A stretch of 40,085 nt of DNA from an uncultured Clostridia bacterium (GTDB lineage Bacteria > Bacillota > Clostridia > TANB77 > CAG-508): contig CANQLM010000002.1 in the NCBI GenBank assembly GCA_947624735.1, forward strand, positions 1 to 40,085, written 5' to 3'. Shown here piece after piece: positions 8,762 through 17,488 of this stretch. Every line of letters begins with the position of its first letter. Within the stretch, counting starts at the first letter, position 1. The position numbers and the translations under genes were made by a program. The notes under the pieces are model-generated. The model was given only the letters and a program-made list of their open reading frames with translations, was not told where the DNA came from and did no database searches.

Positions 8762-10198
8762 ATGAATAATATAAAACAAGCAGATACAAAAATATGGACT
8801 GAAAAAATAAGAGAGTTAAATAAAGGAAAAGAAAAAAAGTTTCATATAATGACAATGGGATGTCAATTAAATGAAAATGATTCTGAAAAATTAGCAGGAA
8901 TATTAAATGAAGCAGGATATATAAAAACAGAAAATATAGAAGATGCGGATATTATAATATTTAATACTTGTTGCGTAAGAGAAAACGCAGAAGAAAAGCT
9001 ATTTGGAAAACTTGGAGAAGTAAAAAAATATAAGGAAAAAGGCGTGGTCATTGCAATAGGTGGTTGTATGATGCAAGAAAAACATATAACCAAAAAGCTA
9101 AATGAAAGCTATAAATTTGTAGATATAATATTTGGACCTCATACTTTAGAGCAATTTCCAAAGGACTTATATGAAAAACTATCTGAAAATAAAAAGATAG
9201 AAGATATATTAGATATAGACGGACAAATATTTGAGGGAGTTCCTGTTTTAAGAGAAGATAAAATAAGAGCATCAGTTTCTATTATGAATGGATGCAATAA
9301 TTTCTGTACATATTGTATAGTTCCATATGTAAGAGGAAGAGAAAGAAGCAGAAATCCACAAGATATAATAAATGAAGTAGAAAGATTAGCATCAGAGGGC
9401 TACAAGGAAATAACCCTTTTAGGCCAAAATGTTAATTCTTATTTAGTAAGTCAAAAAGAAAAAGGTGAAGATGTTAACTTTAAGGTAAAAGTACAAGCAA
9501 AAGAAATGATAGTTAATTCATTTGCAACTCTTCTAATAGCACTTAATGAAGTAAATGGAATAGAAAGAATTAGATTTATTTCACCACATCCAAAAGATTT
9601 TACAGATGATGTAATATCTGCAATAAAACAATCTAAACACGTATGTAAACTAATACACTTACCACTTCAATCAGGTAGCACAAAAATATTAAAATCAATG
9701 AATAGAAAATATACAAAAGAAGAATATATTAATTTAGCAAATAAAATAAAAAAAGAAATACCAGAGATAACATTTTCTACGGATATAATAGTAGGCTTTC
9801 CAGGTGAGACTGAGGAAGATTTTGAAGATACTTTAGATGTAGTAAAAAAGATTAATTTTGAGCAAGTATTTATGTTTATATATTCAAGAAGAGTAGGAAC
9901 TGTAGCAGATAAAATGGAAAATCAAATTCCAGAAGAAATAAAACATAAAAGATTCAACAAATTAAAGGAATTAGTAGAAAAGCAGATAGAAGTTCAAAAT
10001 AAAACTTATGTTGGCAAAAGTGTATCTATTCTAGTAGAAGGAAAAAGTAAAAACAATAAAGACATTTTAACTGGTAGAACAGAATCTAATAAAGTAGTTA
10101 ACTTTGAAGGAACAGAAGATTTAATAGGAAAAATAATTGATTTAAAAATAGTTTCACAGCATATGTGGTATTTAAAGGGATTTTATGATAAAATATAA
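8762..10198 (+). CDS. miaB: tRNA-i6A37 methylthiotransferase (radical SAM MiaB family)
   Basis: N-terminal MTMGCQLNENDSE (UPF0004 domain), radical-SAM CNNFCTYC, C-terminal TRAM-like segment. Located directly upstream of mutS. Confidence 0.9.
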   Translation: MNNIKQADTKIWTEKIRELNKGKEKKFHIMTMGCQLNENDSEKLAGILNEAGYIKTENIEDADIIIFNTCCVRENAEEKLFGKLGEVKKYKEKGVVIAIGGCMMQEKHITKKLNESYKFVDIIFGPHTLEQFPKDLYEKLSENKKIEDILDIDGQIFEGVPVLREDKIRASVSIMNGCNNFCTYCIVPYVRGRERSRNPQDIINEVERLASEGYKEITLLGQNVNSYLVSQKEKGEDVNFKVKVQAKEMIVNSFATLLIALNEVNGIERIRFISPHPKDFTDDVISAIKQSKHVCKLIHLPLQSGSTKILKSMNRKYTKEEYINLANKIKKEIPEITFSTDIIVGFPGETEEDFEDTLDVVKKINFEQVFMFIYSRRVGTVADKMENQIPEEIKHKRFNKLKELVEKQIEVQNKTYVGKSVSILVEGKSKNNKDILTGRTESNKVVNFEGTEDLIGKIIDLKIVSQHMWYLKGFYDKI

Positions 10199-10254
10199 AC
10201 GAAATAAAATGGCTTAAGTATACATAAAAATATATAAAAGTAGAAAGGAGAAAT

Positions 10255-10310
10255 GCTAGTAAAACTAGTGTGAACTAAAAAAGCTAGAAAAACTAGTATA
10301 AACTAAAAAT
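10255..10310 (+). repeat. two tandem 28-nt units in the mutS leader
   Basis: GCTAGTAAAACTAGTGTGAACTAAAAAA (10255-10282) and GCTAGAAAAACTAGTATAAACTAAAAAT (10283-10310), 24/28 identical. Unit 1 contains the palindrome CTAGT-AAA-ACTAG. Confidence 0.7.
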
Positions 10311-12954
10311 GGCAGAAGTAGTACCACAAGAAGAAAAAGATTTAGAATATGACAAATTTTCTCCTATGATGAAACATTATCTAGAAACCAAAGAAAAGTA
10401 CAAAGACTGTATTTTGCTTTATAGACTTGGAGACTTCTATGAAATGTTTTTTGAGGATGCAATAAATGTCTCAAAAGAGCTAGAATTAACTCTAACAGGA
10501 AAAAATTGTGGACAAGAAGAAAGAGCACCAATGTGTGGAGTTCCTTTTCATGCAGCAGACAGTTATATCAATAGATTAGTAGAAAAAGGATATAAGGTTG
10601 CTATTTGTGAACAATTAGAAGATCCTAAACTTGCTAAAGGAATTGTAAAAAGAGATGTAATAAAAATAGTTACTCCTGGTACTGTGCTAGACGGAAATAT
10701 GCTAGAAGAAAAGAAAAATAACTTTATAATGAGCATTTATAAAGAAGGCATTTTCTTTGGAATGGCAGTTTGCGACATATCAACAGGGGACTTTTATGCA
10801 ACAGAAATAAAAGAAGATAATAATTTTCAAAAATTGTTAGATGAAATATCAAGATATAATCCATCTGAAATGATTGTAAATAATATGCTTGGAGACTCTT
10901 TAGAAGAAATCAACCAAATAAAACAAAGATTTAATACATATATATCTGTAAAAGAAGATAATATATTTTTAGAAAATGTGCAAAATACATTAGGGACATT
11001 AGAAATAATTGATAGAGACGGAAAAGAATATAAAGATATAAACAAAAAAACATTATTAACATATGCAATTAGTGCTTTAATGTATTATATCGAAGACACT
11101 CAAAAGGAAAAACCAGAAAACTTAAATAAAGTAACAATATATGAATCTACAAAATATATGGCACTTGATATAAATGCCAGAAGAAATCTAGAACTAACTG
11201 AAAAATTAAGAGATAAATCAAAAAAAGGCACTCTTTTATGGGTACTTGATAAAACATCAACTTCAATGGGAGGAAGACTATTAAGAAGATGGATAAGTGA
11301 CCCATTAGTAGAAGTTTCAGACATTAATAATAGGCTAGATAGTGTTGAAGAATTAAAAGACAATGATATTTTAAGAGATGATATAATAAATTCTTTAAAA
11401 AATGTATATGATATAGAAAGATTATCTGGAAAAATTTCTTATGGTTCAGCAAATGCAAGAGACTTAATATCTCTTAAAAACTCTATATCACAACTTCCAG
11501 ATTTAAAAGAAATAATAAAGAATGCTAAATCTGGTTTATTATCAGAACTTTATAAAGAACTTGATACACTTGACGATATATATAATATAATAAATATTTC
11601 AATAGTAGATGATCCACCAATTACTATTAAAGAAGGTGGAATAATTAAAAAGGGCTATAATGAAGAAGTAGACCAATTAATAGATGTTACAACAAATGGA
11701 AAAAAGTATTTATTAGAAATTGAACAAAAAGAAAAAGAGCAAACAGGAATTAAAACATTAAAAATTGGATATAATAAAGTATTTGGTTACTATTTAGAAG
11801 TAAGTAAATCTTTTGTAAAAATGGTTCCACAAGACAGATTTATTAGAAAACAAACTTTAACAAACGGAGAAAGATATATTACAGAAGAACTTAAAAACCT
11901 AGAAAATCAAATTGTTGGTGCTCAAGAAAGAATAGTAAATCTAGAATATGAAATATTTTCAAATGTAAGAGAAGAGATTGAAAAAAATGTAAAAAGAATT
12001 CAATTAGCAGCAAGTATAGTATCAAAAATAGATGTACTATGCTCATTTGCACAAGTTGCAAAATCTCAAAACTATTGCAAACCTACAGTAGATAATTCTG
12101 ACATAATAGATATAAAAGGAGGAAGACATCCAGTAATTGAAAAAATACTTGATACAGGTGCATTTGTTGAAAATGATTCATATTTAGATAGTAATGATAA
12201 TAGACTAAATATAATAACTGGACCTAATATGGCAGGAAAATCAACTTATATGAGACAAGTCGCATTAATTACTCTAATGGCACAAATAGGAAGTTTTGTT
12301 CCTGCAAGTGAAGCACATATTGGAGTAGTAGATAAAATATTTACAAGAGTTGGAGCCTCAGACGATTTAAGTATGGGTGAAAGTACATTTATGGTGGAAA
12401 TGATGGAAGTATCAACAATACTTAATAATGCAACTAGCAAAAGCTTAGTAATACTTGACGAAATAGGAAGAGGAACATCAACATATGACGGAATGTCAAT
12501 AGCATGGGCAGTTGCAGAATATATATCCAAAATAAAAGCAAAAACTTTATTTGCAACTCATTATCACGAATTAATTAAACTAGAAGGTGTATTAGAAGGA
12601 ACTAAAAACTATCATGTTGCAGTAAAAGAAAGAGGAGAAGATGTAATCTTCTTAAGAAAAATACTAAGTGGAGGAACAGATGAAAGCTATGGTGTGCATG
12701 TTGCAAAACTTGCTGGAGTTCCAAAAGAAGTATCAAGCAGAGCAAATGACATTTTAAAAGGCTTAGAAAGAAAAAGCATACTAAAAGATACTGGAAAAAC
12801 TAAATCAGAAAGATTAGAAGAACAAGGACAACTTAGTATGTATAATTATAAACTAGCAGAAATAGCGCATGAATTAGATAAAATAAAATTAGAAGAAGTA
12901 ACACCAATAGATGCACTTAATATTTTATCTAAAATAAAAGAAAAAATGAAATAA
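10309..12954 (+). CDS. mutS: DNA mismatch repair protein MutS
   Basis: GDFYEMF mismatch-recognition motif, Walker A GPNMAGKST, DEIGRGTST, 881 aa. An in-frame TAG at 10294 rules out an upstream extension. There is no SD before ATG 10309. Confidence 0.95.
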   Translation: MAEVVPQEEKDLEYDKFSPMMKHYLETKEKYKDCILLYRLGDFYEMFFEDAINVSKELELTLTGKNCGQEERAPMCGVPFHAADSYINRLVEKGYKVAICEQLEDPKLAKGIVKRDVIKIVTPGTVLDGNMLEEKKNNFIMSIYKEGIFFGMAVCDISTGDFYATEIKEDNNFQKLLDEISRYNPSEMIVNNMLGDSLEEINQIKQRFNTYISVKEDNIFLENVQNTLGTLEIIDRDGKEYKDINKKTLLTYAISALMYYIEDTQKEKPENLNKVTIYESTKYMALDINARRNLELTEKLRDKSKKGTLLWVLDKTSTSMGGRLLRRWISDPLVEVSDINNRLDSVEELKDNDILRDDIINSLKNVYDIERLSGKISYGSANARDLISLKNSISQLPDLKEIIKNAKSGLLSELYKELDTLDDIYNIINISIVDDPPITIKEGGIIKKGYNEEVDQLIDVTTNGKKYLLEIEQKEKEQTGIKTLKIGYNKVFGYYLEVSKSFVKMVPQDRFIRKQTLTNGERYITEELKNLENQIVGAQERIVNLEYEIFSNVREEIEKNVKRIQLAASIVSKIDVLCSFAQVAKSQNYCKPTVDNSDIIDIKGGRHPVIEKILDTGAFVENDSYLDSNDNRLNIITGPNMAGKSTYMRQVALITLMAQIGSFVPASEAHIGVVDKIFTRVGASDDLSMGESTFMVEMMEVSTILNNATSKSLVILDEIGRGTSTYDGMSIAWAVAEYISKIKAKTLFATHYHELIKLEGVLEGTKNYHVAVKERGEDVIFLRKILSGGTDESYGVHVAKLAGVPKEVSSRANDILKGLERKSILKDTGKTKSERLEEQGQLSMYNYKLAEIAHELDKIKLEEVTPIDALNILSKIKEKMK

Positions 12955-12981
12955 CAACATTATTAGAAAGGAAAATTACTT

Positions 12982-14631
12982 ATGAAAATAATTTATCAAG
13001 GAAAAGAAGTGGGAATGGTAAAAGACATAAAAAAAGTTATAGATATGTTTAATGATAATGTCAAATTATCACCAAAACATGTTATAGCTTGTAAATGCAA
13101 TAATGAAGTAAAACCTCTTGACTATATAATAAATGAAGGCGATGAAGTTGAGATACTTGATATTACCAGCAAAGATGGAATGATGGTATATATTAGAGGT
13201 GCACTTTATATTATGGCAAAAGCATTTCATGAAGTATATCCAAAAGCACAAATAATTGTAAATTTTCAACTTTCAAATTCAATGTTTTGTGAAATAGATA
13301 ATATGGAAGTTACAGATGAAGTTATAGAAAAAGTTAGAAACAAAATGCTTGAAATTGTGCAAAAAGATTTACCAATTACAAGAAAGCAAATGACAAAAGA
13401 AGAAGCAAAAGAATTTTTTGAAAAAGAAAATACACTAAGAGGAATTTTACAATTAAGTAATGAAGAAAAAAAGGAAGTAACTCTTTATTTCTGCGAAGAC
13501 TATTATAACTATTTTTATGGAGTTATGCCACTTACTACAGGGTACATTGATATATTTGATTTAAAAAAATATAAAACAGGATTTTTAGTAAGATACCCAT
13601 CAAGAAGTAATCCAACTGAGCTAGGAGAATTCAAAGAAAGCAAAAAATTCCTAGCAACACTAAATGAGTATAATGACATAAATAGTTTAATGAATGTAAA
13701 AACAATATATCATATAAATAATCGTATAGAAAAAGATGATGGAAGAGAACTAATACTTACATCAGAAGCCTTAATAGAAAAGAAAATAGCAGAAATTGCA
13801 GATATGATTGCCAAAAAAAAGAATATAAAAATGGTACTTATAGCAGGACCTTCTTCATCTGGAAAAACAACATTTGCAAAAAGATTAGGAATACAATTAA
13901 AAGTAAATGGCTTAAAACCAGTAACAATAGGAACAGATAACTATTTTGTTGAAAGAAAAGATACACCAAGAGATGAAAATGGTGATTATGATTTTGAAAC
14001 AATAGATGCATTAGACTTAACATTGTTTAATGACCATTTAACAAGACTAATAAATGGTGAAACAGTTGAAATGCCAACTTTTGATTTTAAAGTTGGAACA
14101 AAAAGATATAATGGAAAAAACTTCTTGCACCTAGCAGAAGATGAAGTGCTAGTTATAGAAGGAATACATTGTTTAAATGATAGACTAACATCATCGATTC
14201 CTAAAGAAAATAAATTTAAAATATATATAAGCGATTTAACAGTATTAAATATAGATTATTATAATCGTATATCTACTACAGACACAAGACTTATAAGGAG
14301 AATAGTAAGGGATTATAATTATAGAAGCTATTCAGCATTAGACACGCTAGCAAGATGGCCATCTGTAAATAGCGGAGAAAATAAAAATATTTTTCCATAT
14401 CAAGAAGAAGCGGATGCAATGTTTAATAGTTCACTAGTATATGAACTAGCCGTTCTTGGCAAATATGCTATACCACTTTTAAAAGAAATAGGAAAAGATA
14501 AAAAAGAATATTCAGAGGCAAAAAGATTAGTTTCATTCTTAGAATATTTTAAACCAATCAAAGATGAAAGTACAATTCCAAACAACTCACTTTTAAGAGA
14601 ATTTATCGGTGGAAGTATCTTTGAGTATTAA
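12982..14631 (+). CDS. TGS/ThrRS-N-like domain fused to a uridine-kinase/PRK-family P-loop nucleoside kinase
   Basis: N-terminal ubiquitin-like TGS-type segment (GDEVEILD...), then GPSSSGKTTFAKRL Walker A and VLVIEGIH, typical of the udk/PRK family. 549 aa. SD AAAGGAAAA lies upstream. Confidence 0.75.
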   Translation: MKIIYQGKEVGMVKDIKKVIDMFNDNVKLSPKHVIACKCNNEVKPLDYIINEGDEVEILDITSKDGMMVYIRGALYIMAKAFHEVYPKAQIIVNFQLSNSMFCEIDNMEVTDEVIEKVRNKMLEIVQKDLPITRKQMTKEEAKEFFEKENTLRGILQLSNEEKKEVTLYFCEDYYNYFYGVMPLTTGYIDIFDLKKYKTGFLVRYPSRSNPTELGEFKESKKFLATLNEYNDINSLMNVKTIYHINNRIEKDDGRELILTSEALIEKKIAEIADMIAKKKNIKMVLIAGPSSSGKTTFAKRLGIQLKVNGLKPVTIGTDNYFVERKDTPRDENGDYDFETIDALDLTLFNDHLTRLINGETVEMPTFDFKVGTKRYNGKNFLHLAEDEVLVIEGIHCLNDRLTSSIPKENKFKIYISDLTVLNIDYYNRISTTDTRLIRRIVRDYNYRSYSALDTLARWPSVNSGENKNIFPYQEEADAMFNSSLVYELAVLGKYAIPLLKEIGKDKKEYSEAKRLVSFLEYFKPIKDESTIPNNSLLREFIGGSIFEY

Positions 14632-14693
14632 ATATAGAAAAAACTATTTTAAAAGTATGTAAAATTCTAAGTATAATAAAAAAAGAGGAAAAA

Positions 14694-15002
14694 ATGAAAC
14701 AATTTACTAAAAGAGACGAAGAATTTATTTGTGAAAACTGTGGCAATAAAGTTGAAAAATTAGGTTATACATCAAGAGACCACTGCCCTAAATGTTTATG
14801 TTCAAAACATGTGGATAAAATGCCAGGAGATAGAAGTGAAAGTTGTCATGGAATATTAAGACCAATAAAAGTTGAACTTAGCGCAAAAAAGGGATATGTA
14901 ATTATTTACAAATGTGATAAATGTGGAAAAATTAGAAAAAACAAATCAGCAGAAGATGATGATACAGAACTTTTAATAAAATTAACAGCAAAAGAAATAT
15001 AA
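14694..15002 (+). CDS. RNHCP-domain zinc-ribbon protein
   Basis: FICENCGN...RDHCPKCLCSKH...CHG...YKCDKCG matches the RNHCP family pattern (R[ND]HCP plus flanking Cys pairs). Confidence 0.7.
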   Translation: MKQFTKRDEEFICENCGNKVEKLGYTSRDHCPKCLCSKHVDKMPGDRSESCHGILRPIKVELSAKKGYVIIYKCDKCGKIRKNKSAEDDDTELLIKLTAKEI

Positions 15003-15019
15003 TAAGGAAGGAGAGCAAT

Positions 15020-16069
15020 ATGGAAAATAAAATAGAAGATGAAAAAATAAGTATAGAAGATATAAAACCAGATAAATCTCTTAGAATACTTACAGGAGAT
15101 AGACCAACTGGAAAACTTCATATAGGACACTATTTTGGTTCATTAAAATCAAGAGTAGAACTTCAAGATAAATTTGAAACCTTTATTGAAGTTGCAGATG
15201 TTCAAGCCCTAACAGATAATTTTAATAATCCAGATAAAGTAAAACAAAATGTTTCGCAAATTGTAATGGACTATTTATCAGTAGGAATGGATCCAAATAA
15301 GCTAACAATTTTTTTACAATCTCAAATACCAGAGATTGCAGAGCTTACAATATTTTATTCAAATTTAGTAACAATAGCTAGACTTCAAAGAAATCCTACT
15401 GTAAAAACAGAAATTGCACAGAAAAAAGAATTATTTGGAGAAAGTGTTACATATGGATTTCTAGGATACCCTGTAAGCCAAGCCGCAGATATAACTGCAT
15501 TTGATGCAAGTTATGTACCAGTTGGTGAAGACCAACTTCCATTAATTGAGCAATGTAGAGAAATAGTTAGAAAATTCAACTCAATATATGGAGAAACATT
15601 AAGAGAGCCAGTTGCAGTAATGAGTAATACAGGCAGAATAAAGGGACTAGATGGAAATGAAAAAATGGGTAAATCCTTAGGAAATGCTTTATACTTATCA
15701 GATGACTTGCAAACTATTACAGAAAAAGTAATGTCAGCCTTAACAGACCCAGCAAGAATAAAAAAAGATGATCCAGGAAATCCTAATATTTGTATGGTTT
15801 ACTATTACCATAAATTATTTAGTGACGAAGATACTTGTAAAAATGTATGCGAAGAATGTAAGGCTGGAAAAAGAGGTTGTGTTGCTTGTAAAAAACAACT
15901 AATAGAAAATATAAATAAAACTTTAGCACCAATTAGAGAAAAAAGACATTATTTTGAAGAAAGACCACAAGAAGTTATGGATATATTGATGAGCGGAACA
16001 TCTCATGCAAGAGAAATAGCAAAAGAAACAATGCAAAAAGTAAAAGAGGCAATGAAATTGAACTACTAG
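15020..16069 (+). CDS. trpS: tryptophanyl-tRNA synthetase with a Cys-rich C-terminal insert
   Basis: TGDRPTGKLHIGHYFG (HIGH) and KMGKSLGN (KMSKS). Six Cys between codons at 15791 and 15889. Confidence 0.93.
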   Translation: MENKIEDEKISIEDIKPDKSLRILTGDRPTGKLHIGHYFGSLKSRVELQDKFETFIEVADVQALTDNFNNPDKVKQNVSQIVMDYLSVGMDPNKLTIFLQSQIPEIAELTIFYSNLVTIARLQRNPTVKTEIAQKKELFGESVTYGFLGYPVSQAADITAFDASYVPVGEDQLPLIEQCREIVRKFNSIYGETLREPVAVMSNTGRIKGLDGNEKMGKSLGNALYLSDDLQTITEKVMSALTDPARIKKDDPGNPNICMVYYYHKLFSDEDTCKNVCEECKAGKRGCVACKKQLIENINKTLAPIREKRHYFEERPQEVMDILMSGTSHAREIAKETMQKVKEAMKLNY

Positions 16070-16103
16070 AAATGATTTGTCAAAGAAACTTTATACAGAA
16101 TAA

Positions 16104-16139
16104 TAAAAATACATCTTATAAGTAAAGATGTATTTTTTT
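16104..16139. terminator. bidirectional intrinsic terminator between convergent trpS and the M15 peptidase gene
   Basis: A-run (16104-16109), stem ATACATCTT (16109-16117) / AAGATGTAT (16125-16133), then a T-run (16133-16139). Confidence 0.7.
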
Positions 16140-16146
16140 CATTATT

Positions 16147-17358
16147 TTAACTATCACTTGGCTTGCTACTTAAACATTGAGTTAAATAATATCTTCCATT
16201 ACTACCTTTATCCTTAGTAAGTTCACGAGTATCTAGGTCATTAAAATGCCACCATTCAGAAGCAAGAGGTGTTAATCCATAAGAAGTGAAATAATTCTGA
16301 AGTTTCTTTGAAGCAGAATTCATTGAAGAAGCAAGACGAGCTTTTTGCCAATCTGTTTTCGACTTACTACTAACAGGAGTTGTAAAAGTAGCAGCAGCCT
16401 TGCTAAGTTCATGCATTCTAGTAGGCATTTTATATTCTTCATAATCAGACACAGTAAAATAAATGTATGAACCACAATACTTAAAATCTTTTTCTTTAAC
16501 TTTGCTAAGACTTACATCGAGAGCAATACCTCTTTGATGGTTAGATAATTGAACAGCAATAAACCAACTCTTATCCCATGGAGGAGCAGTAATTCCTTGC
16601 TTTACTTCTTCATTAGAATCCATAAGTTCAGTTAAAGCATCAGATACTTTCATTTGAACTTCATAAGGTCTAAACGTTTCATAAATTTTTAAACAATCAT
16701 TATTAGCCAATGCTTCTTTTTGAACTTTAGCTATTTTCTTTGCCATAGGATATAAAAGAGGCATTAAATATTGCTTTTGCTCAAGTCTGTCATTATAATA
16801 ATATACATTATATAGTGCCTTACCAGTTATATTATCTAAAGCATAACCAGAAGAACGGAAAATTGATTCATAACTATTAGTATCATCATATATAATAGAA
16901 GGAATTAAATCAGGTAAATTTACTAAACAATAGTTACTTTGAATATACCCATTAGTTGAATCTGAGAGTTGTACATAAAAATAATCATCAGATTCACTTA
17001 TTATTTTAAAGGCTTGTCCAGGACCTACTGTCTTAACAACTACGTCAGAACCTATTTCTTTATATAAAGGTAGTGAAACAGAAGCAAAAGCAGTAGCACC
17101 ATTTATTGGAAGCTCAAAATCTCCATTATATGGATTTTTATTATATTGAGTTTCTAATGATTCATTTTCACTTAAATTATTTGTTTCATCTATATCTACA
17201 ACAATTTTATTATTAACATCATTTGTGATAGTATTTAAATTACTTGTTTGTCCTAAAACAATTCCATTTGAAAAATATTTTATATAAATAAAAATAGCAA
17301 CCATCAATAATATTACAATTATAATAGATATAGTAGTTATAGCTTTTTTCATATTCAA
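16147..17358 (-). CDS. membrane-anchored SH3-like plus M15 (VanX/VanY-type D-Ala-D-Ala) zinc peptidase
   Basis: N-terminal TM helix (ITTISIIIVILLMVAIFIYI), SH3b-like segment (GPGQAFKIISESDDYFYVQL), SNHQRGIALDV (HxxxxxxD zinc site) and EWWHF. Confidence 0.8.
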   Translation of the reverse strand: MNMKKAITTISIIIVILLMVAIFIYIKYFSNGIVLGQTSNLNTITNDVNNKIVVDIDETNNLSENESLETQYNKNPYNGDFELPINGATAFASVSLPLYKEIGSDVVVKTVGPGQAFKIISESDDYFYVQLSDSTNGYIQSNYCLVNLPDLIPSIIYDDTNSYESIFRSSGYALDNITGKALYNVYYYNDRLEQKQYLMPLLYPMAKKIAKVQKEALANNDCLKIYETFRPYEVQMKVSDALTELMDSNEEVKQGITAPPWDKSWFIAVQLSNHQRGIALDVSLSKVKEKDFKYCGSYIYFTVSDYEEYKMPTRMHELSKAAATFTTPVSSKSKTDWQKARLASSMNSASKKLQNYFTSYGLTPLASEWWHFNDLDTRELTKDKGSNGRYYLTQCLSSKPSDS

Positions 17359-17421
17359 ATTCCTTTTACTAAAATCAAAATTATTATAACATAACTGTAA
17401 TAAAAATGCAAAAATATATAC

Positions 17422-17450
17422 TTGTATTTTAAGATAAAAGTGATTATAAT
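17422..17450 (+). promoter_or_regulatory. possible sigma-A promoter for the transglutaminase-like paralogue pair
   Basis: TTGTAT (17422-17427), 17-nt spacer, TATAAT (17445-17450). Confidence 0.4.
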
Positions 17451-17488
17451 AATCATATAGTTATGATAATTTGGAAGGAGCAGGTTAT

